Assembly (NCBI GenBank): GCA_964016885.1
Contig: OZ024741.1
Span: 396,118,001 to 396,182,000 of the forward strand
Origin: Eledone cirrhosa
Lineage: Eukaryota
DNA: 64,000 nucleotides
Reading direction: 5' to 3'
Of this stretch, positions 13,395 through 28,700 are shown one piece after another; positions within the stretch are counted from its first letter, which is position 1, and every line of letters begins with the position of its first letter. A program made the translations under genes and the position numbers. The notes below the pieces were generated by a model, which searched no databases, was not told the DNA's origin, and saw only the letters and a list, made by a program, of their open reading frames with translations.

Positions 13395-16300
13395 GTGACA
13401 CCACAAGGGTCAAAGTGCATCAATCAGTCACACCACAAGGGTCAAAGTGCATCAATCAGTCACACCACAAGGGTCAAAGTGCATCAATCAGTCACACCAC
13501 AAGAGTCAAAGTGCATCAATCAGTCACACCACAAGAGTCAAAGTGCATCAATCAGTCATACCACAAGGGTCAAATTCCTTCAATCAGTCACACCACAAGG
13601 GTCAAAGTGCATCAATCAGTCACACCACAAGGGTCAAAGTGCATCAATCAGTCACACCACAAGAGTCAAATTGCTTCAATCAGTCACACCACAAGGGTCA
13701 AATTCCTTCAATCAGTCACACCACAAGGGTCAAAGTGCATCACTCAACCACACCACAAGGGTCAAAGTACATCAATCAGTCACACCACAAGGGTCAAAGT
13801 GCATCAATCAGTCACACCACAAGGGTCAAAGTGCATCAATCAGTCACACCACAAGGGTCAAAGTGTTTCAATCAGTCACACCACAAGAGTCAAAGTGCAT
13901 CAATCAGCCACACCACAAGGGTCAAAGTGCATCAATCAGTCACACCACAAGGGTCAAAGTGCATCAATCAGCCACACCACAAGAGTCAAAGTGCATCAAT
14001 CAGTCACACCACAAGGGTCAAAGTGCATCAATCAGTCACGCCACAAGAGTCAAAGTGCATCAATCAGTCACACCACAAGGGACAAAGTGCATCAATCAGT
14101 CACACCACAAGAGTCAAAGTGCATCAATCAGTCACACCACAAGGGTCAAAGTGCATCAATCAGTCACACCACAAGGGTCAAAGTGCATCAATCAGTCACA
14201 CCACAAGGGTCAAAGTTCATCAATCAGTCACACCACAAGGGTCAAATTCCTTCAATCAGTCACACCACAAGAGTTAAAGTGCATCAATCAGTCACACCAC
14301 AAGGGTCAAAGTGCATCAATCAGTCACACCACAAGGGTCAAAGTGCATCAATCAGTCACACCACAAGGGTCAAAGTGCTTCAATCAGTCACACCACAAGG
14401 GTGAAAGGACATCAATTGGTCACACCACAAGAGTCAAAGAGCATCAATCAGTCACACCACAAGGGTCAACGTGCATCAATCAGTCACACCACAAGGGTCA
14501 AAGTGCTTCAATCAGTCACACCTCAAGGGTCAAAGTGCATCAATCAGTAACACCACAAGAGTCAAAGAGCATCAATCAGTCACACCACAAGGGTCAACGT
14601 GCATCAATCAGTCACACCACAAGGGTCAAAGTGCATCAATCAGTCACACCACAAGGGTCAAAGTGCATCAATCAGTCACACCACAAGGGTCAAAGTGCAT
14701 CAATCAGCCACACCACAAGGGTCAAAGTGTATCAATCAGTCACACCACAAGGGTCAAAGTGCATCAATCAGCCACACCACAAGAGTCAAAGTGCATCAAT
14801 CAGTTACACCACAAGAGTCAAAGTGCATCAATCAGTCACACCACAAACGTCAAAGTGCATCGATCAGTCACAGCACAAGAGTCAAAGTGCATCAATCAGT
14901 TACACCACAAGAGTCAAAGTGCATCAATCAGTCACACCACAAGGGTCAAAGTGCATCAATCAACCACACCACAATGGTCAAAGTACATCAATCAGTCACA
15001 CCACAAGAGTCAAAGTGCATCAATCAGTCACACCACAAGGGTCAAAGTGCATCAATCAGTTACACCACAAGAGTCAAAGTGCATCAATCAGTTACACCAC
15101 AAGAGTCAAAGTGCATCAATTAGTCACACCACAAGAGTCAAAGTGCATCAATCAATCACACCACAAGGGTCAAAGTGCATCAATCAGTCACACCACAAGG
15201 GTCAAAGTGCATCAATCAGTCACACCACAAGAGTCAAAGTGCATCAATCAGTTACACCACAAGAGTCAAAGTGCATCAATCAGTCACACCACAAGGGTCA
15301 AAGTGCATCAATCAGTTACACCACAAGAGTCAATGTGCATCAATCAGTTACACCACAAGAGTCAAAGTGCATCAATCAGACACACCACAAGGGTCAAAGT
15401 GCATCAATCAGTTACACCACAAGAGTCAAAGTGCATCAATCAGTTACACCACAAGAGTCAAAGTGCATCAATCAGTCACACCACAAGAGTCAAAGTGCAT
15501 CAATCAGTCACACCACAAGGGTCAAAGTGCATCAATCAGTCACACCACAAGGGTCAAAGTGCATCAATCAGTCACACCACAAGAGTCAAAGTGCATCAAT
15601 CAGTCACACCACAAGGGTCAAAGTGCATCAATCAGTCACACCACAAGGGTCAAAGTGCATCAATCAGTCACACCACAAGGGTCAAAGTGCATCAATCAGT
15701 CACACCACAAGAGTCAAAGTGCATCAATCAGTCACACCACAAGGGTCAAATTCCTTCAATCAGTCACACCACAAGAGTCAAAGTGCATCAATCAGTCACA
15801 CCACAAGGGTCAAAGTGCATCAATCAGTCACACCACAAGGGTCAAAGTGTTTCAATCAGTCACACAACAAGGGTCAAAGTGCATCAATCAGTCACACCAC
15901 AAGGGTCAAAGTGTTTCAATCAGTCACACCACAAGGGTCAAAGTGCATCAATCAGTCACACCACAAGGGTCAAAGTGCATCAATCAGTCACACCACAAGG
16001 GTCAAAGTGTTTCAATCAGTCACACCACAAGGGTCAAAGTGCATCAATCAGTCACACCACAAGGGTCAAAGTGCATCAATCAGTCATACCACAAGGGTCA
16101 AATTCCTTCAATAAGTCACACCACAAGGGTCAAAGTGTTTCAATCAGTCACACCACAAGGGTCAAAGTGCATCAATCAGTCACACCACTAGGGTCAAAGT
16201 GCATCAATCAGTCACACCACAAGGGTCAAAGTGCATCAATCAGTCACACCACAAGGGTCAAAGTGCATCAATCAGTCACACCACAAGGGTCAAAGTGCAT

Positions 16301-16409
16301 CAATCAGTCACACTACAAGAGTCAAAGTGCATCAATCAGTCACACCACAAGGGTCAGATTCCTTCAATCAGTCACACCACAAGAGTCAAAGTGCATCAAT
16401 CAGTCACAC

Positions 16410-19400
16410 CACAAGGGTCAAAGTGCATCAATCAGTCACACCACAAGGGTCAAAGTGCATCAATCAGTCATACCACAAGGGTCAAATTCCTTCAATCAGT
16501 CACACCACAAGGGTCAAAGTGTTTCAATCAGTCACACCACAAGGGTCAAAGTGCATCAATCAGTCACACCACAAGAGTTAAAGTGCAACAATCAGTCACA
16601 CCACAAGGGTCAAAGTGCATCAATCAGTCACACCACAAGGGTCAAAGTGCATCAATCAGTCATACCACAAGGGTCAAAGTGCATCAATCAGTCACACCAC
16701 AAGGGTCAAAGTGCATCAATCAGTCACACCACAAGGGTCAAAGTGCTTCAATCAGTCACACCACAAGGGTGAAAGGACATCAATTGGTCACACCACAAGA
16801 GTCAAAGTGCATCAATCAGTCACACCACAAGAGTCAAAGTGCATCAATCAGTCACACCACAAGGGTCAAAGTGCATCAATCAGTCACACCACAAGGGTCA
16901 AAGTGCATCAATCAGTAACACCACAAGAGTCAAAGAGCATCAATCAGTCACACCACAAGGGTCAACGTGCATCAATCAGTCACACCACAAGGGTCAAAGT
17001 GCATCAATCAGTCAAACCACAAGAATCAAAGTGCATCAATCAGCCACACCACAAGAGTCAAAGTGCATCAATCAGTTACACCACAAGAGTCAAAGTGCAT
17101 CGATCAGTCGCACCACAAGAGTCAAAGTGCATCAATCAGTTACACCACAAGAGTCAAAGTGCATCAATCAGTCACACCACAAGGGTCAAAGTGCATCAAT
17201 CAGTTACACCACAAGAGTCAATGTGCATCAATCAGTTACACCACAAGAGTCAAAGTGCATCAATCAGACACACCACAAGGGTCAAAGTGCATCAATCAGT
17301 TACACCACAAGAGTCAAAGTGCATCAATCAGTTACACCACAAGAGTCAAAGTGCATCAATCAGTCACACCACAAGAGTCAAAGTGCATCAATCAGTCACA
17401 CCACAAGGGTCAAAGTGCATCAATCAGTCACACCACAAGGGTCAAACTGCATCAATCAGTCACACCACAAGCGTCAAAGTGCATCAATCAGTCACACCAC
17501 AAGGGTCAAAGTGCATCAATCAGTCACACTACAAGGGTCAAAGTGCATCAATCAGTCACACCACAAGGGTCAAAGTGCATCAATCAGTCACACTACAAGA
17601 GTCAAAGTGCATCAATCAGTCACACCACAAGGGTCAGATTCCTTCAATCAGTCACACCACAAGAGTCAAAGTGCATCAATCAGTCACACCACAAGGGTCA
17701 AAGTGCATCAATCAGTCACACCACAAGGGTCAAAGTGTTTCAATCAGTCACACCACAAGGGTCAAAGTGCATCAATCAGTCACACCACAAGGGTCAAAGT
17801 ATTTCAATCAGTCACACCACAAGGGTCAAAGTGCATCAATCAGTCACACCACAAGAGTGAAAGTGCATCAATCAGTCACACCACAAGGGTCAAAGTGCAT
17901 CAATCAGTCACACCACAAGGGTCAAATTCCTTCAATCAGTCACACCACAAGGGTCAAATTCCTTCAATCAGTCACACCACAAGGGTCAAATTGCATCAAT
18001 CAGTCACACCACAAGGGTCAAAGTGTTTCAATCAGTCACACCACAAGGGTCAAAGTGCATCAATCAGTCACACCACAAGGGTCAAAGTGTTTCAATCAGT
18101 CACACCACAAGGGTCAAAGTGAATCAATCAGTCACACCACAAGGCTCAAAGTGTTTCATAAAGTCACACCACAAGGGTCAAATTCCTTCAATCATTCACA
18201 CCACAAGGGTCAAAGTGCATCAATCAGTCACACCACAAGGGTCAAAGTGCATCAATCAGTCATACCACAAGGGTCAAATTCCTTCAATCAGTCACACCAC
18301 AAGGGTCAAAGTGTTTCAATCAGTCACACCACAAGGGTCAAAGTGCATCAATCAGTCACACCACAAGAGTTAAAGTGCAACAATCAGTCACACCACAAGG
18401 GTCAAAGTGCATCAATCAGTCACACCACAAGGGTCAAAGTGCATCAATCAGTCATACCACAAGGGTCAAAGTGCATCAATCAGTCACACCACAAGGGTCA
18501 AAGTGCATCAATCAGTCACACCACAAGGGTCAAAGTGCTTCAATCAGTCACACCACAAGGGTGAAAGGACATCAATTGGTCACACCACAAGAGTCAAAGT
18601 GCATCAATCAGTCACACCACAAGAGTCAAAGTGCATCAATCAGTCACACCACAAGGGTCAAAGTGCATCAATCAGTCACACCACAAGGGTCAAAGTGCAT
18701 CAATCAGTAACACCACAAGAGTCAAAGAGCATCAATCAGTCACACCACAAGGGTCAACGTGCATCAATCAGTCACACCACAAGGGTCAAAGTGCATCAAT
18801 CAGTCAAACCACAAGAATCAAAGTGCATCAATCAGCCACACCACAAGAGTCAAAGTGCATCAATCAGTTACACCACAAGAGTCAAAGTGCATCGATCAGT
18901 CGCACCACAAGAGTCAAAGTGCATCAATAAGTTACACCACAAGAGTCAAAGTGCATCAATCAGTTACACCACAAGAGTCAAAGTGCATCAATCAGTCACA
19001 CCACAAGAGTCAAAGTGCATCAATCAGACACACCACAAGGGTCAAAGTGCATCAATCAGTTACACCACAAGAGTCAAAGTGCATCAATCAGTTACACCAC
19101 AAGAGTCAAAGTGCATCAATCAGTCACACCACAAGAGTCAAAGTGCATCAATCAGTCACACCACAAGGGTCAAAGTGCATCAATCAGTCACACCACAAGG
19201 GTCAAACTGCATCAATCAGTCACACCACAAGCGTCAAAGTGCATCAATCAGTCACACCACAAGGGTCAAAGTGCATCAATCAGTCACACTACAAGGGTCA
19301 AAGTGCATCAATCAGTCACACCACAAGGGTCAAAGTGCATCAATCAGTCACACTACAAGAGTCAAAGTGCATCAATCAGTCACACCACAAGGGTCAGATT

Positions 19401-19997
19401 CCTTCAATCAGTCACACCACAAGAGTCAAAGTGCATCAATCAGTCACACCACAAGGGTCAAAGTGCATCAATCAGTCACACCACAAGGGTCAAAGTGTTT
19501 CAATCAGTCACACCACAAGGGTCAAAGTGCATCAATCAGTCACACCACAAGGGTCAAAGTATTTCAATCAGTCACACCACAAGGGTCAAAGTGCATCAAT
19601 CAGTCACACCACAAGAGTGAAAGTGCATCAATCAGTCACACCACAAGGGTCAAAGTGCATCAATCAGTCACACCACAAGGGTCAAATTCCTTCAATCAGT
19701 CACACCACAAGGGTCAAATTCCTTCAATCAGTCACACCACAAGGGTCAAATTGCATCAATCAGTCACACCACAAGGGTCAAAGTGTTTCAATCAGTCACA
19801 CCACAAGGGTCAAAGTGCATCAATCAGTCACACCACAAGGGTCAAAGTGTTTCAATCAGTCACACCACAAGGGTCAAAGTGAATCAATCAGTCACACCAC
19901 AAGGCTCAAAGTGTTTCATAAAGTCACACCACAAGGGTCAAATTCCTTCAATCATTCACACCACAAGGGTCAAAGTGCATCAATCAGTCACACCACA
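16410..19997 (+). repeat. Tandem duplication, 56/55-monomer unit (1792/1760 bp): ~16410-18237 repeated at ~18202-19997
   Basis: ORF stops pair as 16581/18373, 16772/18564 and 16918/18710 (+1792), then 17860/19620 and 18122/19882 (+1760). Shared variants include GTCAAACCACAAGAATC, CACACTACAAG and AGGCTCAAAGTGTTTCATAA. Confidence 0.9.
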
Positions 19998-20319
19998 AGA
20001 GTCAAAGTGCTTCAATCAGTCACACCACAAGGGTCAAATTCCTTCAATCAGTCACACCACAGGGGTCAAAGTGCATCAATCAGTCACACCACAAGGGTCA
20101 AAGTGCATCAATCAGTCACACCACAAGGGTCAAAGTGCATCAATCAGTCACACCACAAGAGTCAAAGTGCATCAATCAGTCACACCACAAGAGTCAAAGT
20201 GCATCAATCAGTCATACCACAAGGGTCAAATTCCTTCAATCAGTCACACCACAAGGGTCAAAGTGCATCAATCAGTCACACCACAAGGGTCAAAGTGCAT
20301 CAATCAGTCACACCACAAG

Positions 20320-23300
20320 AGTCAAATTGCTTCAATCAGTCACACCACAAGGGTCAAATTCCTTCAATCAGTCACACCACAAGGGTCAAAGTGCATCAAT
20401 CAGTCACACCACAAGGGTCAAAGTGCATCAATCAGTCACACCACAAGGGTCAAATTCCTTCAATCAGTCACACCACAAGGGTCAAAGTGCATCAATCAGT
20501 CACACCACAAGGGTCAAACTGCATCAATCAGTCACACCACAAGGGTCAAAGTGCATCAATCAGTCACACCACAAGGGTCAAAGTGCATCAATCAGTCACA
20601 CCACAAGGGTCAAAGTGTTTCAATCAGTCACACCACAAGGGTCAAAGTGCATCAATCAGTCACACCACAAGGGTCAAAGTGCATCAATCAGTCACACCAC
20701 AAGAGTCAAAGTGCATCAATCAGTCACACCACAAGGGTCAAAGTGCATCAATCAGTCACACCACAAGGGTCAAAGTGCATCAATCAGTCACACCACAAGA
20801 GTCAAAGTGCATCAATCAGTCACACCACAAGGGTCAAATTCCTTCAATCAGTAACACCAAAAGAGTCAAAGTGCATCAATCAGTCACACCACAAGGGTCA
20901 AAGTGCATCAATCAGTTACACCACAAGGGTCAAAGTGCATCAATCAGTCACACCACAAGGGTCAAATTCCTTCAATCAGTCACACCACAAGGGTCAAAGT
21001 GCATCAATCAGTCACACCACAAGAGTCAAATTGCATCAATCAGTCACACCACAAGGGTCAAAGTGCATCAATCAGTCACACCACAAGGGTCAAAGTGCAT
21101 CAATCAGTCACACCACAAGGGTCAAAGTGCATCAATCAGTCACACCACAAGGGTCAAAGTGCATCAATCAGTCACACCACAAGAGTCAAAGTGCATCAAT
21201 CAGTCACACCACAAGGGTCAAATTCCTTCAATCAGTCACACCACAAGAGTCAAAGTGCATCAATCAGTCACACCACAAGGGTCAAAGTGCATCAATCAGT
21301 CACACCACAAGCGTCAAAGTGTTTCAATCAGTCACACCACAAGGGTCAAAGTGCATCAATCAGTCACACCACAAGGGTCAAAGTGTTTCAATCAGTTACA
21401 CCACAAGGGTCAAAGTGCATCAATCAGTCACACCACAAGAGTCAAAGTGCATCAATCAGTCACACCACAAGGGTCAAAGTGCATCAATCAGTCACACCAC
21501 AAGGGTCAAAGTGTTTCAATCAGTCACACCACAAGGGTCAAAGTGCATCAATCAGTCACACCACAAGGGTCAAAGTGCATCAATCAGTCACACCACAAGG
21601 GTCAAATTCCTTCAATCAGTCACACCACAAGGGTCAAAGTGTTTCAATCAGTCACACCACAAGGGTCAAAGTGCATCAATCAGTCACACCACTAGGGTCA
21701 AAGTGCATCAATCAGTCACACCACAAGGGTCAAATTCCTTTAATCAGTCACACCACAAGGGTCAAAGTGTTTCAATCAGTCACACCACAAGGGTCAAAGT
21801 GCATCAATCAGTCACACCACAAGAGTTAAAGTGCATCAATCAGTCACACCACAAGGGTCAAATTCCTTCAATCAGTCACACCACAAGGGTCAAATTGCAT
21901 CAATCAGTCACACCACAAGGGTCAAAGTGTTTCAATCAGTCACACCACAAGGGTCAAAGTGCATCAATCAGTCACACCACAAGGGTCAAAGTGTTTCAAT
22001 CAGTCAGACCACAAGGGTCAAAGTGAATCAATCAGTCACACCACAAGGGTCAAAGTGTTTCATAAAGTCACACCACAAGGGTCAAAGTGCATCAATCAGT
22101 CACACCACAAGAGTCAAAGTGCATCAATCAGTCATACCACAAGGGTCAAATTCCTTCAATCAGTCACACCAAAAGAGTCAAAGTGCATCAATCAGTCACA
22201 CCACAAGGGTCAAAGTGCATCAATCAGTTACACCACAAGGGTCAAAGTGCATCAATCAGTCACACCACAAGGGTCAAAGTGCATCAATCAGTCACACCAC
22301 AAGAGTTAAAGTGCATCAATCAGTCACACCACAAGGGTCAAATTCCTTCAATCATTCACACCACAAGGGTCAAAGTGCATCAATCAGTCACACCACAAGA
22401 GTCAAAGTGCTTCAATCAGTCACACCACAAGGGTCAAATTCCTTCAATCAGTCACACCACAAGGGTCAAAGTGCATCAATCAGTCACACCACAAGGGTCA
22501 AAGTGCATCAATCAGTCACACCACAAGGGTCAAAGTGCATCAATCAGTCACACCACAAGAGTCAAAGTGCATCAATCAGTCACACCACAAGAGTCAAAGT
22601 GCATCAATCAGTCATACCACAAGGGTCAAATTCCTTCAATCAGTCACACCAAAAGAGTCAAAGTGCATCAATCAGTCACACCACAAGGGTCAAAGTGCAT
22701 CAATCAGTTACACCACAAGGGTCAAAGTGCATCAATCAGTCACACCACAAGGGTCAAATTCCTTCAATCAGTCACACCACAAGGGTCAAAGTGCATCAAT
22801 CAGTCACACCACAAGAGTCAAATTGCATCAATCAGTCACACCACAAGGGTCAAAGTGCATCAATCAGTCACACCACAAGGGTCAAAGTGCATCAATCAGT
22901 CACACCACAAGGGTCAAAGTGCATCAATCAGTCACACCACAAGGGTCAAAGTGCATCAATCAGTCACACCACAAGAGTCAAAGTGCATCAATCAGTCACA
23001 CCACAAGGGTCAAATTCCTTCAATCAGTCACACCACAAGAGTCAAAGTGCATCAATCAGTCACACCACAAGGGTCAAAGTGCATCAATCAGTCACACCAC
23101 AAGCGTCAAAGTGTTTCAATCAGTCACACCACAAGGGTCAAAGTGCATCAATCAGTCACACCACAAGGGTCAAAGTGTTTCAATCAGTCACACCACAAGG
23201 GTCAAAGTGCATCAATCAGTCACACCACAAGAGTCAAAGTGCATCAATCAGTCACACCACAAGGGTCAAAGTGCATCAATCAGTCACACCACAAGGGTCA

Positions 23301-24800
23301 AATTGCTTCAATCAGTCACACCACAAGGGTCAAATTCCTTCAATCAGTCACACCACAAGGGTCAAAGTGCATCAATCAGTCACACCACAAGGGTCAAAGT
23401 GCATCAATCAGTCACACCACAAGGGTCAAATTCCTTCAATCAGTCACACCACAAGGGTCAAACTGCATCAATCAGTCACACCACAAGGGTCAAAGTGCAT
23501 CAATCAGTCACACCACAAGGGTCAAAGTGCATCAATCAGTCACACCACAAGGGTCAAAGTGTTTCAATCAGTCACACCACAAGGGTCAAAGTGCATCAAT
23601 CAGTCACACCACAAGGGTCAAAGTGCATCAATCAGTCACACCACAAGAGTCAAAGTGCATCAATCAGTCACACCACAAGGGTCAAAGTGCATCAATCAGT
23701 CACACCACAAGGGTCAAAGTGCATCAATCAGTCACACCACAAGAGTCAAAGTGCATCAATCAGTCACACCACAAGGGTAAAATTCCTTCAATCAGTCACA
23801 CCAAAAGAGTCAAAGTGCATCAATCAGTCACACCACAAGGGTCAAAGTGCATCAATCAGTTACACCACAAGGGTCAAAGTGCATCAATCAGTCACACCAC
23901 AAGGGTCAAATTCCTTCAATCAGTCACACCACAAGGGTCAAAGTGCATCAATCAGTCACACCACAAGAGTCAAATTGCATCAATCAGTCACACCACAAGG
24001 GTCAAAGTGCATCAATCAGTCACACCACAAGGGTCAAAGTGCATCAATCAGTCACACCATTAGGGTCAAAGTGCATCAATCAGTCACACCATAAGGGTCA
24101 AAGTGCATCAATCAGTCACACCACAAGAGTCAAAGTGCATCAATCAGTCATACCACAAGGGTCAAATTCCTTCAATCAGTCACACCACAAGAGTCAAAGT
24201 GCATCAATCAGTCACACCACAAGGGTCAAAGTGCATCAATCAGTCACACCACAAGCGTCAAAGTGTTTCAATCAGTCACACCACAAGGGTCAAAGTGCAT
24301 CAATCAGTCACACCACAAGGGTCAAAGTGTTTCAATCAGTCACACCACAAGGGTCAAAGTGCATCAATCAGTCACACCACAAGAGTCAAAGTGCATCAAT
24401 CAGTCACACCACAAGGGTCAAAGTGCATCAATCAGTCACACCACAAGGGTCAAAGTGTTTCAATCAGTCACACCACAAGGGTCAAAGTGCATCAATCAGT
24501 CACACCACAAGGGTCAAAGTGCATCAATCAGTCACACCACAAGGGTCAAATTCCTTCAATCAGTCACACCACAAGGGTCAAAGTGTTTCAATCAGTCACA
24601 CCACAAGGGTCAAAGTGCATCAATCAGTCACACCACTAGGGTCAAAGTGCATCAATCAGTCACACCACAAGGGTCAAATTCCTTTAATCAGTCACACCAC
24701 AAGGGTCAAAGTGTTTCAATCAGTCACACCACAAGGGTCAAAGTGCATCAATCAGTCACACCACAAGAGTTAAAGTGCATCAATCAGTCACACCACAAGG
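20320..24800 (+). repeat. Duplicated block ~20320-21855 repeated at ~23290-24800 (+2976, then +2944), with a third partial copy at ~22620-23290 (+1792)
   Basis: ORF ends 21695/24639 and 21829/24773 differ by 2944 (92x32). The variant GCGTCAAAGTGTTT occurs at ~21311, ~23103 and ~24255. TTCCTT...CACCAAAAGAG occurs at ~20834, 22146, 22626 and 23778. Confidence 0.8.
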
Positions 24801-25760
24801 GTCAAAGTGCATCAATCAGTCACACCACAAGGGTCAAAGTGCATCAATCAGTCACACCACAAGGGTCAAAGTGCATCAATCAGTCACACCACACGAGTTA
24901 AAATGCATCAATCAGTCACACCACAAGGGTCAAAGTGCATCAATCAGTCACACCACAAGGGTCAAAGTGCATCAATCAGTCACACCACAAGGGTCAAAGT
25001 GCTTCAATCAGTCACACCACAAGGGTGAAAGGACATCAATTGGTCACACCACAAGAGTCAAAGTGCATCAATCAGTCACACCACAAGAGTCAAAGTGCAT
25101 CAATCAGTCACACCACAAGGGTCAAAGTGCATCAATCAGTCACACCACAAGGGTCAAAGTGCATCAATCAGTAACACCACAAGTGTCAAAGAGCATCAAT
25201 CAGTCACACAACAAGGGTCAACGTGCATCAATCAGTCACACCACAAGGGTCAAAGTGCATCAATCAGTCACACCACAAGGGTCAATGTGCATCAATCAGT
25301 CACACCACAAGGGTCAAAGTGCATCAATCAGCCACACCACAAGGGTCAAAGTGCATCAATCAGTCACACCACAAGAATCAAAGTGCATCAATCAGCCACA
25401 CCACAAGAGTCAAAGTGCATCAATCAGTTACACCACAAGAGTCAAAGTGCATCAATCAGTTACACCACAAGAGTCAAAGTGCATCAATCAGTTACACCAC
25501 AAGAGTCAAAGTGCATCAATCAGTCACACCACAAGGGTCAAATGCATCAATCAGTTACACCACAAGAGTCAATGTGCATCAATCAGTTACACCACAAGAG
25601 TCAAAGTGCATCAATCAGACACACCACAAGGGTCAAAGTGCATCAATCAGTTACACCAGAAGAGTCAAAGTGCATCAATCAGTTACACCACAAGAGTCAA
25701 AGTGCATCAATCAGTCACACAACAAGAGTCAAAGTGCATCAATCAGTCACACCACAAGGG

Positions 25761-28700
25761 TCAAAGTGCATCAATCAGTCACACCACAAGAGTCAAAGTG
25801 CATCAATCAGTCACACCACAAGGGTCAAAGTGCATCAATCAGTCACACCACAAGGGTCAAAGTGCATCAATCAGTCACACCACAAGGGTCAAAGTGCATC
25901 AATCAGTCACACCACAAGAGTCAAAGTGCATCAATCAGTCACACCACAAGGGTCAGATTCCTTCAATCAGTCACACCACAAGAGTCAAAGTGCATCAATC
26001 AGTCACACCACAAGGGTCAAAGTGCATCAATCAGTCACACCACAAGGGTCAAAGTGTTTCAATCAGTCACACCACAAGGGTCAAAGTGCATCAATCAGTC
26101 ACACCACAAGGGTCAAAGTATTTCAATCAGTAACACCACAAGGGTCAAAGTGCATCAATCAGTCACACCACAAGAGTGAAAGTGCATCAATCAGTCACAC
26201 CACAAGGGTCAAAGTGCATCAATCAGTCACACCACAAGGGTCAAATTCCTTCAATCAGTCACACCACAAGGGTCAAATTCCTTCAATCAGTCACACCACA
26301 AGGGTCAAATTGCATCAATCAGTCACACCACAAGGGTCAAAGTGTTTCAATCAGTCACACAACAAGGGTCAAAGTGCATCAATCAGTCACACCACAAGGG
26401 TCAAAGTGTTTCAATTAGTCACACCACAAGGGTCAAAGTGAATCAATCAGTCACACCACAAGGGTCAAAGTGTTTCAATAAGTCACACCACAAGGGTCAA
26501 ATTCCTTCAATCAGTCACACCACAAGGGTCAAAGTGCATCAATCAGTCACACCACAAGAGTCAAAGTGCTTCAATCAGTCACACCACAAGGGTCAAATTC
26601 CTTCAATCAGTCACACCACAAGGGTCAAATTCCTTCAATCAGTCACACCACAAGGGTCAAATTGCATCAATCAGTCACACCACAAGGGTCAAAGTGTTTC
26701 AATCAGTCACACCACAAGGGTCAAAGTGCATCAATCAGCCACACCACAAGGGTCAAAGTGCATCAATCAGTCACACCACAAGAGTCAAAGTGCATCAATC
26801 AGTCACACCACAAGAGTCAAAGTGCATCAATCAGTGACACCACAAGGGTCAAAGTGCATCAATCAGTCACACCACAAGGGTCAAAGTGCATCAATCAGTC
26901 ACACCACAAGGGTCAAAGTGCATCAATCAGTCACACCACAAGAGTCAAAGTGCATCAATCAGTCACACCACAAGAGTCAAAGTGCATCAATCAGTCATAC
27001 CACAAGGGTCAAATTCCTTCAATCAGTCACACCACAAGGGTCAAAGTGCATCAATCAGTCACACCACAAGGGTCAAAGTGCATCAATCAGTCACACCACA
27101 AGAGTCAAATTGCTTCAATCAGTCACACCACAAGGGTCAAATTCCTTCAATCAGTCACACCACAAGAGTCAAAGTGCATCAATCAACCACACCACAAGGG
27201 TCAAAGTACATCAATCAGTCACACCACAAGGGTCAAAGTGCATCAATCAGTCACACCACAAGGGTCAAAGTGCATCAATCAGTCACACCACAAGGGTCAA
27301 AGTGTTTCAATCAGTCACACCACAAGGGTCAAAGTGCATCAATCAGTCACACCACAAGGGTCAAAGTGCATCAATCAGTCACACCACAAGAGTCAAAGTG
27401 CATCAATCAGTCACACCACAAGGGTCAAAGTGCATCAATCAGTCACACCACAAGGGTCAAAGTGCATCAATCAGTCACACCACAAGAGTCAAAGTGCTTC
27501 AATCAGTCACACCACAAGGGTCAAATTCCTTCAATCAGTCACACCACAAGGGTCAAAGTGCATCAATCAGTCACACCACAAGGGTCAAAGTGCATCAATC
27601 AGTCACACCACAAGGGTCAAATTCCTTCAATCAGTCACACCACAAGGGTCAAAGTGCATCAATCAGTCACACCACAAGGGTCAAAGTGCATCAATCAGTC
27701 ACACCACAAGGGTCAAAGTGCATCAATCAGTCACACCACAAGGGTCAAAGTGTTTCAATCAGTCACACCACAAGGGTCAAAGTGCATCAATCAGTCACAC
27801 CACAAGGGTCAAAGTGCATCAATCAGTCACACCACAAGAGTCAAAGTGCATCAATCAGTCACACCACAAGGGTCAAAGTGCATCAATCAGTCACACCACA
27901 AGGGTCAAAGTGCATCAATCAGTCACACCACAAGAGTCAAAGTGCATCAATCAGTCACACCACAAGGGTCAAATTCCTTCAATCAGTCACACCACAAGGG
28001 TCAAAGTGCATCAATCAGTCACACCACAAGAGTCAAAGTGCATCAATCAGTCACACAACAAGGGTCAAAGTGCATCAATCAGCCACACCACAAGGGTCAA
28101 AGTGCATCAATCAGTCACACCACAAGGGTCAAAGTGCATCAATTAGTCACACCACAAGAGTCAAAGTGCATCAATCAGTCACACCACAAGGGTCAAAGTG
28201 CATCAATCAGTCACACCACAAGGGTCAAAGTGCATCAATCAGTCACACCACAAGGGTCAAAGTGCATCAATCAGTCACACCACAAGGGTCAAAGTGCATC
28301 AATCAGTCACACCACAAGGGTCAAAGTGCATCACTCAGTCACACCACAAGGGTCAAATTCCTTCATTCAGTCACACCACAAGGGTCAAAGTGCATCAATC
28401 AGTCACAACACAAGTGTCAAAGTGCATCAATCAGACACACCACAAGGGTCAAAGTGCATCAATCAGTCACACCACAAGGGTCAAAGTGCATCACAGTCAC
28501 ACCACATGGGTCAAAGTGCATCAATCAGTCACACCACAAGGGTCAAAGTGCATCAATCAGTCACACCACAAGAGTCAAAGTGCATCAATCAGCCACACCA
28601 AAAGGGTCAAAGTGCATCAATCAGTCACACCACAAGGGTCAAAGTGCATCAATCAGTCAGACCACAAGGGTCAAAGTGGATCAATCAGTCACACCACAAG

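Noticed and set aside
5715-25545. The +1 insertion (~5721) and -1 deletion (~25543) as a compensating pair under selection
   Set aside because: They are about 20 kb apart, each occurs once, and no reading frame stays open between them. Coincidence or single consensus errors are sufficient explanations.
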